NCBI GenBank assembly: GCA_965603825.1
Contig: CBFDEM010000043.1
Location: forward strand, 372,001-436,000
Direction of reading: 5' to 3'
Length of the DNA stretch: 64,000 nucleotides
Source of the DNA: Blepharisma stoltei ATCC 30299
Lineage: Eukaryota; Protista; Ciliophora
In this document: one piece after another, positions 12,980 to 24,607 of the stretch
How the letters are laid out: the number at the start of each line of letters is the position of its first letter
How positions within the stretch are numbered: position 1 is the stretch's first letter
The notes under the pieces: model-generated
The model's database searches: none
What the model was told of the DNA's origin: nothing
The model's input: only the letters and a program-made list of their open reading frames with translations
Translations under genes and position numbers: made by a program

Positions 12980-13696
12980 TTAATTAAACCTGGAACTTTC
13001 ATTAAAGCTTGAAGTTATCTCTTCTTGGCAATTGCTGAGCATTCCTAATATATCATTTTTTGCTTTATCCATCTGGTTTTTTAATAAAAATTCTAACCTC
13101 TTGCCTCTTTGGGAGCATTTTAATTTAGGCTCTTTTGAGAAGATTATTGCAGGTGGTCTTACAGCTCATTTTCTAATAGGCTCTTTGTGCCAAGCAGGGG
13201 ATTCATCATCTTCAGGATATCTATGTGTGCATAACGCTTGAATTGAATGACTAAGTTTTTGAGATCTAGCAGAGTGTGCAGAAACTTGAGGAATTTTTCT
13301 AATTTTTATAGGAGATTCTTTTTGGACTTCTCTGATGTCAAGTGCTTTTACAAGACTTTTACTAAGTGATGTTGTATTTTTCCTTATCCGTCTATCAATA
13401 AGCGTGTTTGGAATTTCAAATGAAGATCTTGACGACTTTGGCTTAGGCTTGCTTGTAAAAATCATCTCTGGCTTTTGTTTTACCTGATGTTTAGATGAAA
13501 TTTTAAGCCTTTCACGTGAGATCTTGAATTTTAAGTAATCCTCATATATATCTCTTGCTGGAATAAGTACAGGACGTAGAGCTATACTACGATTTTCAGG
13601 TAAGCAGTCATAGACATTGAGCTTTTCTGATTTCCACCTCTTATGTTTTCCTTTATCGCCCATGTTTAAAAAGTCATATAAATTTTCTTCTTGCAT
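12980..13696 (-). CDS. Hypothetical basic protein
   Basis: ORF 13166-13696 extended through TGA(Trp) to TAA at 12982-12980; no motif recognised. Confidence 0.6.
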
Positions 13697-13747
13697 TGGA
13701 TTTATAATCTGCTATCACTATTAATTGCCATAATAAGTATTAATATA

Positions 13748-15289
13748 ATGGAAAAGGTCGAGTCTCTCTTTTCTACCATACAAGAGCCTACGACTCTGCT
13801 TACTCCATCAACCAATATTTACACACAAGCTAATCAATGCTTAGACTCTTTAGCTAAGGAATTGAATCAGATGCTTTTCACAAAAGGCTTCGACGAAGAG
13901 CAAATATGAGGACAATTTGAGCTCATTAATAAAAATTTCCTGCCAAAACTCCAGCAAGATGCTGAAAATCATCAAGGAATACAAATGTTCGAAGAAAGTG
14001 AAGAAGAATTAGAATCAAGCGTCCTTGAAGAGAATTCAGAAAACGAAGAGTCTTCTCAAAATGAGGAAGAAATCGAAGAGCAAAGCGGCAGCGAAATGGA
14101 AGAAGGATCTGAAAACGAAAAGTCTGAAGGAGAAAAAGAAGGAAACGCAGTGGAAGATAAGTTTTTGAAGATAGATGAGCTTGAACAGTTTTTAAAAGAT
14201 GCCGAAATGGAGGAGGAAGATCCAGCATTAGAAGTCTCTGAAGAGGAAGATGAAGAGTCGAATGAAAGTGAAGAGGAAGAAAACGAAGAAGAGGAGAAAG
14301 ACTTCTTTAAAGGCCCTGATGAAGAAGAAAGCGAAGAAGAGCAAGAAAAGCTATTCACCTTTACAAGCCATGAAGACATGGACAAAATTGAAGACAAACT
14401 TGTCTCCAACAAGCCATGGCAACTTAGAGGAGAAATCCTGTCCACCTCAAGGCCAGTGAATTCTTTGCTTGACACCAAGCTAGATTTCGAATTGGCACGT
14501 AACCCTACTCCAAACACTCAAGCACCTGAAGTCACTGACCAAATAGAAGACATCATTAAACAAAGGATTTTAGACTTGGTCTTTGACGACGTCAAACCCA
14601 AACTTCCTATAGAAAAGTCAAAAGCTTTGACCTCTCCAGAAGACTTTATGAGCTATGAAAAGTCAAAGAAAAGCTTGGCTGAGCTATATGAAGAAGATTA
14701 TAAAAAAGACGTCCTTCGCATCCCTATGAATGAAGAGCAAGAAAAGGCGAAACAAGAAGCCATTAGAATTTTCAAAAAATTGAGCTACAGCTTAGATCTT
14801 CTGTCAAGCTTGAATCCAATCGCAAATCCTGTAGTAAAAGAAATGGAAATCAAAAGTGCTGAAGTTCCAGCGCTAGTGATGGAAGAAGTAATTCCGTTTG
14901 GGGTCAGCAGAGAGTCAACACTAAACCCTAGAGAAGTTTTTGACCCTTCAAAAGCTGAACTTAAAGCACCTGAGGAATTGACAAGCACTGATAGAAACAG
15001 CTCAAGAAGAAAACACAAGAGCACTATCAGGACAAGGAAAAAGGAAAAACTTGTGAAACTTATGGAAAAAATGGCAAGAGACCCAAGATATGGCAAATTC
15101 GAGTACCGAAAGATGCTGAAGGAGCAAAAAGCTAAAAAAGAGCTGATTGAAAACAAAAAACAAACAGAGACAAAGTTCACAAGGTCTTCAGAATTTTTCA
15201 AAAATCTCAAAAAAATCAACAAAGAAGTCGAAACTCGGAAGAAAAAAGAAGAAAGTCACAACAACATAAGCAAAAAAATAAAACTTTAA
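13748..15289 (+). CDS. MPP10: U3 snoRNP protein Mpp10
   Basis: GFDEEQI-W(TGA 13907)-GQ, acidic tract, KPWQLRGE..RPVNSLL, IKQRI..FDD and KSKKSLAELYEEDY. Confidence 0.93.
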
Positions 15290-15305
15290 TTTTCATTTAT
15301 AAAAT

Positions 15306-16127
15306 ATGCAGCCAGCAAGTTGTCTATTCTGTGACAAATCCGCAAACCCTTCCAAAACAATCATGATCTACGAAAACTACAACGCCATCAAGCCTTTAGT
15401 TTTAAAAGAGCATGGGTTTTTCAACAACCGGTTCGGACTTTTCCATCACGATAGAATCATTTCCACACCTCTCGGCTCCAAAGTCAAAGAAGTCAAAGAA
15501 AAAGGCTACATTTACACATTGACCACAACTCCAGAGCTGTGAACCAAAGGGATCAGCATGAGGACTCAAATTCTGTACAGAGCTGACATATCGATGATCA
15601 TAGGAAACCTCAATATTCGCCCTGGAAGCATTGTGGTAGAAGCTGGGACTGGCTCTGCCTCACTATCAATATCTATCATAAGAAGCTTACTTCCCCATGG
15701 AAAATTGTTTACTTTTGAGTTCAACCCAGGAAGAGCTGAAGAAGCCAAAAACGAATTTATTCAGTTGGGGCTTGAGAACAATGTAGTCAGTGAGTGCAGA
15801 GATGTCCTGGAAAATGGATTTTCGCATGCTGGGTATACAGAAGCTGATGCTGTATTTCTGGATTTGCCGTGTCCATGGAATGCTGTGGAAAAGGCGAAAG
15901 AGATTTTGAAAGTTGAAGGAAACCTTTGCACTTTTTCTCCTTGCATAGAACAAGTTCAGAAAACATGCCAAATGCTGAGGAAGCTGGATTTCCAAGAAAT
16001 AAAGACTGTTGAAACACTTATAAGACCTTATCAAGCAAGAACTAATGAGAAAGGAAATTTGTCAATACAGATGGATGCTGAGCAGGAAAGGCTGCACACA
16101 GGCTATTTAACATTTGCAATTAAATAA
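15306..16127 (+). CDS. TRM61: tRNA (adenine58-N1)-methyltransferase catalytic subunit
   Basis: TPEL-W(TGA 15540), RTQILY, EAGTGS, DAVFLDLPCPW, FSPCIEQV and HTGYLTFA. Confidence 0.93.
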
Positions 16128-16210
16128 ACCACTGAAATTGGCGTAATTTTGTGTTAATTGTATAGATTTCTATAATTTAAATTCTAAACTTTATTAGATA
16201 GTAAGCGAAC

Positions 16211-19200
16211 TTACAAAAACCAAGGTTTCTGCAATGCAGCAAAATACTTCTCAATTTCAGTTTTCAAAGCCACATTAGGGATCAAGTCATCCATCGTTAT
16301 GCTGATTCCAGTTATTGGATCTTTCCCAGTGAATTGAATAGCTTTAGTTATTGTTTCTTTATCATAGCATGTGTTTGTCTTCCGCACTATAACAGGATTG
16401 TCCATAATCACCCCAGTTATAGGGTCTAATAAATGCTTTGGAGCTCCTTGCTCATTATCATTACTCAGCAGCCCCCTTGTTAATTCTTCAATACTTTTTC
16501 CTGCATGTCTTCTTGTATGTTCTCTTGCCTTAATTTCATACATTGCATAATTATCTCTATACTCCGCTGCAATATTTGCATCTAGTGGGTCTAAAGGTTC
16601 AGGTGTCATAAATAGCCCATAAATACAGTCTAAAATATACCTGGCAGTTGTATCTACTGTATAAAATTGATCTAAGACTGAATGGCATATTCTTCCAGTG
16701 GCGTTTATATTGCAATGGTAAACAGGAGTTATGAATCTCACCTCAGGAGGGGACAAAGGATAGTCTTCACCGAACTTCATATACAGATGAAATAAGCCGC
16801 CTTCATATGGAGTGTGGTCTGGGCCTTTCATAAATATATTTCAAAATGCGGTATCTAACTCGCATGGGTATATACTTGCGCTTGGATGAGGATTCATTGT
16901 GATTGAGTGCAGTTCTTTCATTATACGCTTATATTTTACTGCAGAGTTGCTGGCGTCAAGTCGAGGAGGGGCCACAGAAGCTCGGTGAATAGTTTGACGC
17001 GGGTTCTCAGCTTGTAAAGAAGACTGCTGAGGAGGTTTGATTTTTGGCTGATTCGTAGAGAAATCTTTGCTTTGGAGCTGTGCTAAATCAGTCTCATCTG
17101 ACACAGTAACTCTAGGGTTTGACTGGCGACATCCTACAGACAGAAAAGTTTCTGACTCAAACAATTTGATTCCTTCCTGTATATTTGATGGTAAAAATAC
17201 ATAGCCACCAGTAGAAAAACAAACAGCTTTCAGGTTTTGTGATAGTGCTCCTACTACAACTGCATCCATGGTAATATTATTATACAATAAAGTTTGAGCT
17301 GCTTCCAAGTCAGACTTAGTAGAATAGTTATCCTCTCCATCACTGAGACATAAAATCCTCAAAATCACATCTGGATATTTCTTTTTTATTTCTTTTAGTT
17401 CCTTTGCAGCTTCAAAAATTGCGTCTCACAGTTTAGTTTGACCATCAGCCTGGATACTTTTTGCAGTCCTCGTAAATGTGAGAACGTTTTCTGTAAAGGT
17501 ACAGATTTTGGTAACTTTTGAGTTAAAAAGTACAAGAGAGGTTATATTTTTGAGATTGTAGCCAATTGTACGATCTGCGAAGGACTCAAAGATCTGCTTA
17601 GTAAGATCGAGCCTTGTATAGTCTTCAGTTGAGCTGAATTTAGTATTCATAGACCCACTTGTGTCAAATAAAACAACTATAGCCTCGTCTGGAATTCGCG
17701 TTATGATTTCGTTTCCTTCGTCTTCTCTACGGTGGATTTCAATTGCGCTGGCAAGTTCAGCGACATCAACAATTTCAACGCTGAGATCAAGAATATTCAT
17801 TAAATCGACTTTATTAGGCATCTTAGGGGTCAGTCCACAGTTAATGCAGATGTCCTTTATTTTGTTTCAGGTAATGCAGTGCTTGAATTCTGGAGCCTTG
17901 AGTGATAACGGAGCTACAATTTTAGTCAACTTGTGGTTATTTTTTAGTTCCATTGATTGGATATAGCTAATTCCTCTTGGAAAAGTTTTTCTTACATAGT
18001 CCATTATGCTTATTGACCCGTTATAGTGCCCAGTTCATACTTCGAGAGACTCTTTTTTGTTCAACGCTGCTCTTTTAATTATATACTTAAAATCTGACTC
18101 TTCTTTAATATCACTTTCGTTTACAAGCCCAATTTCAGCGATTTCTTGCCTATCCCTTGCTTTTTGAATTACTGCATTATATTCTAAATAGCAGTATTTC
18201 CCATCATTTTTTCTCAAACAGACTGGCCTTTCTATTTGGACAAAGGAAATCGGACAAATAATGCTGTATACTTCATGACTTTCCAAGCTCTGTAGCTCGG
18301 GCTCATTTTTGCTAGAAATATCACATAAAATTCCCATGATATCTAGAGTCTGCTCTAAAAGCTTATTATCTGGGATCACATTTTTAAACATTTCTTGTAG
18401 AACAATCTTGATTAAAACTATGAAGCCTTCTTCTAATGCTATAGAATCAAGAACACTCATAGAACTATTGCGGCTTAGCTCATATAAAGAATGCAATAAT
18501 GGGGAGCAATTATTAGTAAAGCATCTTATGCATGCTAACAATGCGTCTAGCTTAGCCTTTTCTGGCTTATTTTTGGATAAGCAGTATAAAAACGAATGCA
18601 AAGTCCTTTGTCCTTTAGTTGTTTGCTGGAGTGATTGAACAAGAATTGGCTTATAGGTTGTAGTTTTGTAGTCATAGCTCTCTATTTGATAAGTGAGAAC
18701 TTGATTTTCAATAACCCCAAAAGAGGCAACAAAAGCAGAATCGCTCACTAAATACCTCTCATCAGTTTTAATTTTCAGCTCGAATGGAGGTACCCCTGTA
18801 ATATTAAATAACTTTTGCTTTAGATTTAGAACTGTACATGTAGATAAATCTAATTTAATTGCATATCGTTTATTTTCGTCAGTCACATGCTTGACAAAAA
18901 TTGTAGAATCTCCAATTTCATGATTTAAAGCTGGCTCAATTTTAATATCAAAATAAGGGACTATAAATACACAGATTTTTTCTTTATTTTTTAACACTTC
19001 ACGGCAAGAAACCAAATATAATTGTGATAATGTTCCTACTACAGGATATCCATCCTCTGTATAAATCGCGCAAGTCCAATCAGGACGCATACACAGCTGA
19101 TCTTTTAATATATCATAAGCGAGCTTAGATAATTTTTCATCTTTCTCAATGATGATTTGTCGAGATTGCGAATTTACAGAGTTTAAGACTTTATATAGCA

Positions 19201-19570
19201 AAATCAGTTGATTTTCATTTATTTCTTCTATAATCTTAGCTTCTTCTTGAGTGGCAATTTCTTGAGCTTTAGGAGGTTCTGGGATTTCTTCAAGAGCCAT
19301 CATTTCAGCTTGATTGACGATTTCAACTAAGAGATTGATTTCCTCTTGGTGAGCTGCAATGCCTTTTTGGATTAAAGAAGCATAAGTCCTATCGTCAATT
19401 ATGCGATATAAAGTTCCTTTACGGTCATACATGAAGTAAAATGAATCAGCATTGATTCTGATATGTTCGGATATTAACTGGTTAAGATCTTTAAGAGTTT
19501 CGGGAGCAATAATACAGAGAGGAGGGCTACCTGGAATTGAAATTAGGAGGTCGATGGAAGAGTTTGCCAT
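16211..19570 (-). CDS. Multidomain ubiquitination protein: ubiquitin-like + VWA + E2 (UBC) + U-box, ~1,119 aa
   Basis: Four ORF fragments share one frame, joined by TGA at 18035, 17867, 17426 and 16841. UBL-like (TVLNLKQKLFNITGVPP), VWA MIDAS (DTSGSM, TKLWDAI, LSDGEDN), UBC (GPDHTPYEGG, YHCNINATGRIC) and U-box (LLDPITGVIMDNPV..DPIT..LIPNVALK). Confidence 0.85.
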
Positions 19571-19585
19571 TTTATTAATTGGCTC

Positions 19586-20557
19586 ATGAGAAAGAAATTC
19601 CAGTTTATAGAACAAAAGAAAGGAATATCTAAGACCCAGGGTCTCATATATAAAATCTTTCTAACTACAGCAGGAATTGATGAAACAGCTCTTAATGATT
19701 ATATGGGAAAGAAGCAATGCATTCATTACGAATTAGTTAAAAAGATGCTGGAAAGAGAAAGAGAAGCCAATGACAAACTACTGGCTGAAATAAATTCTAA
19801 AAAATTAGCTGAACGATCAACTCAAACCTCAAATTTTTCTTTTGAAAGATTGAGTATCATGATCACTGATTATGATAAACCCAACGAAAAATACCAAGAT
19901 TGCATCTGTGCAAGACAGTCATCAAGCTTCAACCGAAGTGATATCGCTGAGCAAGAGTTTTCCTCAATGCCTGTCTCTCTTGACTTATCAGACTCTAGCT
20001 CCGACTACTCAGTCTCAAGCCAGTCACAATTTTCATCAAGAAATTCCATTATATTTCCTGATCTCCCTATCAAAACTTTATGTGATGAAAATTTATCCAC
20101 ATCAATCAATTCTCCAGATCTTAAAACTCCTGCGAAGCCTCGCACAAAAGTGCCGCCTCTTCGCATTGATAAAATCCCGCAATACAATCCGTTTGACAAC
20201 CCTGTCTCATTTGAGAGTGGTATGTCAAGTTTATCGTTTTCAAAAAACTCATGATTATTAAGCTCGTTTAATTTTTCAGAGAACAGTTCAGGATTATTTA
20301 ATTTATCGTCATCTCCGAGAACTCCAAAAGCTGATGTAGGCTGCCACATAAATCCAGAACTTCTTGCGTATTATGGAATAAAATCTAACCCTGGCGACGA
20401 TGGAGTCTCAGCACCGACATCTATGTCCTCTTCAAGGTTTTTACACAGTAGAGAATGGTCTAATTGTTCGGGAATTGACGAAGAAAATATAGCTGTGTAT
20501 ATTCCAAGAATTGTACCAGTTGCGTTCTCTGTCATTTCAAATCAATTTCCCAAGTAG
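19586..20557 (+). CDS. Hypothetical Ser-rich protein
   Basis: ORF 19586-20254 extends through TGA to TAG 20555-20557. The true start could be a downstream ATG (e.g. 19702-region MGKK). Confidence 0.6.
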
Positions 20558-20606
20558 CAAATAATTATAATTGTAGCTTGTGAAAATAAATTAAATTTAT
20601 TTTTAA

Positions 20607-21662
20607 TTAGGCGATTGGGTAAGATGGCTGGATTTGGATACCGCAAACTCCGTCACCACTTACAACGGCAATTCTGATGTAGCCTGCTTCTCCCCAACTT
20701 GCGCCCCATGAGTTCTTTACTTTCCAGTATGGTGGGGAGTTGGTTTGGTCGTAGCCTACAATTAAAGCAAAATGGTTTACTTGAGTGCCGCAATTGTTAG
20801 ATACAATGCCTCCTTTATAAAGTTGCCAAGCAGGCTGATTAGCTTGGACTGCTACTGAAACCGGCTGAAGGGCAACAGCATTATATATTAATGATTCAAC
20901 GCCTCTGCCTGCATTTCTGTATGAGCCTATTTGTACGGCTTTTGTAGAAGTTTTATAAGTGCAAGATCCTTGCTTAACAATATATGGGTATATGCTTGCA
21001 GTAGTAACTCCATTATACTGAACATATTGAAACGCATTAACCACATTGCCTCCATTACACCCTTTGTTTCCATAATTAGTTGAGCAATCAACCAGTTGCT
21101 GCTCTGAAAGTGTCAAAAGTTGGTTGCCACTGATTTTCCAAGCGCTTTCGATAGCTCCTACAGATGAAAAAGCCCATCCACATGCACAGCCTCCTTGATT
21201 TAAGACTGGAGTAACTGCACCTTTCTGTGTCCAGTCAATTGAAGTAGGTATTGAAAGTTTTTCAGCCTGCTGGCTTTCTTGAACCTCTGAATGCTGGATT
21301 GTAATTGGACTTGATATTCTAGCCGAAAATTCTTGTGAAGTTAAATCAGAAAATTCAGTTATGCCTAGGATATAAGTTTCACCATGCGTATTGAAAATTC
21401 TAGCATATGCAGAATTGTCACGGAAGATTTTGAAGCGATTTTGATATTCTTGTTCACTTGAATACTGTTTATTATAGAGCTCAATAAATGATTTGAATTC
21501 TTGCTCTTCAAGCTCAAGTTGAGCTAATACTACTGAAGTTTCTCTTGAAGATGAAAAATTGGCGATAATTGCTATAATCCCAATAAATGCCACTAATCCC
21601 ACAAATTTCAAAGCTTTTTTATGGCTTTCTGGCTTTGATTCTGCAGAGAAATAATCCTCCAT
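20607..21662 (-). CDS. Papain-family (C1A, cathepsin L-like) protein with I29 propeptide; catalytic Cys position is Gly
   Basis: N-terminal TM anchor, ERFNIN-like propeptide, SIDWT, QGGCACGWAFS, LSEQQLVDC, GCNGG, NHF and YWKVKNSWG. Confidence 0.92.
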   Translation of the reverse strand: MEDYFSAESKPESHKKALKFVGLVAFIGIIAIIANFSSSRETSVVLAQLELEEQEFKSFIELYNKQYSSEQEYQNRFKIFRDNSAYARIFNTHGETYILGITEFSDLTSQEFSARISSPITIQHSEVQESQQAEKLSIPTSIDWTQKGAVTPVLNQGGCACGWAFSSVGAIESAWKISGNQLLTLSEQQLVDCSTNYGNKGCNGGNVVNAFQYVQYNGVTTASIYPYIVKQGSCTYKTSTKAVQIGSYRNAGRGVESLIYNAVALQPVSVAVQANQPAWQLYKGGIVSNNCGTQVNHFALIVGYDQTNSPPYWKVKNSWGASWGEAGYIRIAVVSGDGVCGIQIQPSYPIA

Positions 21663-21773
21663 AATAAATTATTTAATCACCAAAATATTTATAGCACCCA
21701 TACCATTGTTTTCTGACATAATTTCAAACTATTTAATTATAACTCAAAAAGTATTACAAAAATTTTTGATAAA

Positions 21774-23669
21774 TTAATTACACCTTGGACTTCTTGACCT
21801 TTCAAAACTTCTTCCTCCACCATTTTCTCCATTTTCCCTTCTTCTACCTCTATTTTCCCCTGGATTTGGGCATTCTCTTGACATATGACCCTCCTGTCCG
21901 CACTTAAAGCAGCCCTTGTTTCCAACATTTTTAGTGCTTGGATTAGTGCATTCTTTAGACATGTGTCCAGATTCTCCGCATTTGTAGCAAGCTCTGTCTC
22001 CTCCTGATTTTGCTGGGTTTGTGCATTCTTTTGACATGTGTCCAGTTTCCCCACATTTATAGCAGGCTCTATCACCTCCTGATTTTGATGGATTTGGGCA
22101 TTCTTTAGACATGTGTCCAGTTTCTCCACATTTGAAGCATTCTCTACCTTTTGGTTTTTCTTCGCCTTCTTCACCTTCTTCTGGGGCTTCTCCTTTGGGT
22201 TTTCTCATCATTCTTCTAAGTTCCCTTGGGACATTTTGTTGAGCCTCTTCTAAGACCTGTATCAAATTTTGTGCACATTTAGCATTATCTTTTGTAAAAA
22301 AAGAAATGGCAGTTCCTTTAGAAGTCCCTCTTGCAGTCCTTCCAATCCTATGAACATAATCTTCAATTCTTTTAGGGAAATCATAGCAAATCACATAGTC
22401 AAGATCTTTAACATCAAGTCCTCTGCTGGCCAGATCTGTCGCAATAACAATAAAATTTCTCCCAGCCCTGAAATCAAGAAGTGTAGTCATCCTATCTTTC
22501 ATTGACTTATCGCCATGAAGTGTAGCTGATTTTATTTCTTTTGATTCCAGCTCAGAGGAGAGAATTTCGCATTGAGCTTTTGTATCGACAAATATTAAGA
22601 TACGCTTTTCAGTCAGAGGCTTCACAATTTCAACGAGTTTGTCCATTTTTTCTTCTGAGTCAACGATATTTATGACTTGTGTGATGTTGTGGTTCGCAGT
22701 AACTCCTCCTTCTTTGCCAATGTGGATTTCGATTGGGTCTTTCATGAATTCTTTGGAAAGCTCCTCAAGAGTGTTTGGCCATGTGGCAGAGCATGCTATT
22801 ATTTGACGATCAGGACGGGCTTGGCTTAGAATTTTTCTGAGTTGAGGAGCAAAGCCCATGTCAAGCATTCTGTCGCCTTCATCTACCACAATGTAGCTGG
22901 TTCGCTTAAGATTGATAGCGCCGCACTCTAGGAAATCGAGAAGTCGTCCGGGAGTGGCAACGACAAGCTGGGGAAGAACTTCTAAGTCTTTCATTTGGAA
23001 TTGTCTTCCGTTACCACCGTAAAGACAGACACTGCGGATTTCAAGGCATTTGCCGAATCGGTTAGCTTCAAAGATAATTTGCTTAGCAAGTTCGCGGGTT
23101 GGAGCGAGAATAAGAGCAATTGGGCCTTGACCTGGTTGAATTGGCTGTTGGTTAGTTATGTGGATTAAGGCTGGAAGTACGTAGCTAAGTGTTTTTCCAC
23201 TACCTGTGCAGGCTATACCAATTATATCTTTTCCACCAAGGGCAGAAGGCAGCATTAAAGACTGTATAGGAGTTGGCTGAATAAACTTGGAAGCTTCAAA
23301 CAGTGCTGTAATTGCTTCTGGAAAACCAAATTCTGCAAACGAGATTATAGGCTTTATCTCACTGCCTTTAACCACTGAAGCATTCTGTGTAAAGAAGTTA
23401 TTGATATCTTCAAGTGAAAGAGTTGATTCAAAAGCCTTTGAGACAACTGGAATGAGAGTTTCTGAGTTCCAATCTATTTGTTGAAGCTTTTCTCCTAAGG
23501 TCTCATAGTTAAGAGGAGGAAGTTGAGGTTTAGCATTAGGGTCTTGGTTTTCGTTATTCTCGGTTGCTGTTACTTCTGGGATAGATGGCTTTGCAAAGCT
23601 GTCTCCCCATCCGCCACTAGTAGCAGTTGATCCCCAAGATGGAGCGTTGTCAAATGTAGTTGCTGACAT
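21774..23669 (-). CDS. DEAD-box RNA helicase (Dbp2/p68-like core) with four C-terminal CCHC zinc knuckles
   Basis: PTPIQ, TGSGKT, PTRELA, TPGRL, DEGD, SAT, RGLD and HRIGRTAR; four CX2CX4HX4C motifs. Confidence 0.93.
   Translation of the reverse strand: MSATTFDNAPSWGSTATSGGWGDSFAKPSIPEVTATENNENQDPNAKPQLPPLNYETLGEKLQQIDWNSETLIPVVSKAFESTLSLEDINNFFTQNASVVKGSEIKPIISFAEFGFPEAITALFEASKFIQPTPIQSLMLPSALGGKDIIGIACTGSGKTLSYVLPALIHITNQQPIQPGQGPIALILAPTRELAKQIIFEANRFGKCLEIRSVCLYGGNGRQFQMKDLEVLPQLVVATPGRLLDFLECGAINLKRTSYIVVDEGDRMLDMGFAPQLRKILSQARPDRQIIACSATWPNTLEELSKEFMKDPIEIHIGKEGGVTANHNITQVINIVDSEEKMDKLVEIVKPLTEKRILIFVDTKAQCEILSSELESKEIKSATLHGDKSMKDRMTTLLDFRAGRNFIVIATDLASRGLDVKDLDYVICYDFPKRIEDYVHRIGRTARGTSKGTAISFFTKDNAKCAQNLIQVLEEAQQNVPRELRRMMRKPKGEAPEEGEEGEEKPKGRECFKCGETGHMSKECPNPSKSGGDRACYKCGETGHMSKECTNPAKSGGDRACYKCGESGHMSKECTNPSTKNVGNKGCFKCGQEGHMSRECPNPGENRGRRRENGENGGGRSFERSRSPRCN
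21870..22140 (-). repeat. Tandem ~75-bp repeats encoding the zinc knuckles
   Basis: Units GCATTCTT..GACAT(G/A)TG recur near 21870, 21948, 22023 and 22098; the last three are near-identical (25-aa period). Confidence 0.85.
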
Positions 23670-23913
23670 TGTTTTATAAAGGAAAATAGCCCCCGCTATT
23701 TATAGTTGCAAAAAATAAGAGTTTAGCTCTTAAGCTGAAATTATTCCCTCTTTTAATTTTTATAAGGAACTAGAAAATGGTGGAGGCTTTAAAACACAAT
23801 AAAATTTATCAGCAATATTCTTTTACTTGCCAATCTGATACTAATTAATTTTAGTTATGCAAATTAAGCATGCTCACTATTAATGACTAAATTTGAAGAT
23901 AATTTTAATATTT

Positions 23914-24582
23914 TTATAAAATAGCTAAACAAATCGATATAACCCCAGCGATCTTTATAAAGGTCGCAAAACTATCATCGAAAAATTGGTATAAGTTTTG
24001 CATTGTTCCGTCTTGCAGGTGCATCAAAAGTTGATAATCCGAAAACTTATCATCCACACATCCAGGGAGATTTTGAGTATAAGGGAATAAATTCACAGTT
24101 AAACTTGATTTAAGAAAATCATCTATTTTTCCATCACATATAGAATCAAACATATCACGCATTATTTGATCATTTGGAGCAGGTAAACAATAGCTATACC
24201 CATCAAAAGCACATTCACAATACCACTTTTTTGCAGACCCCTTAATTTTGCAGTCATCATCTGTGTCACATCTCCACCCAAAAGTGGAAGACTCTAAATC
24301 TCCATTTCTGCGATGGCATAAAGAAGAATTAAGCTGGCCTTTTCTTTGCTCTGATATCTGATACATCTCTCTCGTTCTAATTGTGCAATTCACATATCTT
24401 TGCTGGGCTTTATAAGCTGGCATGATGTCAGCCAAATTGCATTTCATAGTTTCATTGCTGCAGCCGCCTATAAATATATCATTTCCGTTGATTTCAGCAC
24501 AGACGCCGTCCTTTAAATCTTTACATTGAATAGTTGGACAGACCAATGCTTCGGTGAGACCTAATAAAATCAATAAAAGCAT
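23914..24582 (-). CDS. Secreted/GPI-type cysteine-rich surface protein
   Basis: Signal peptide MLLLILLGLTEA, many Cys (CECAFDGYSYC), hydrophobic C-terminal tail. Confidence 0.75.
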   Translation of the reverse strand: MLLLILLGLTEALVCPTIQCKDLKDGVCAEINGNDIFIGGCSNETMKCNLADIMPAYKAQQRYVNCTIRTREMYQISEQRKGQLNSSLCHRRNGDLESSTFGWRCDTDDDCKIKGSAKKWYCECAFDGYSYCLPAPNDQIMRDMFDSICDGKIDDFLKSSLTVNLFPYTQNLPGCVDDKFSDYQLLMHLQDGTMQNLYQFFDDSFATFIKIAGVISICLAIL

Positions 24583-24607
24583 AAATTTTTATTAATATTA
24601 TTCAGTT

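Noticed and set aside
21870-22140. Regularly spaced repeats resembling a CRISPR array or a retroelement gag
   Set aside because: They are in-frame zinc-knuckle repeats of a DEAD-box helicase, with no unique spacers and no RT or integrase nearby.
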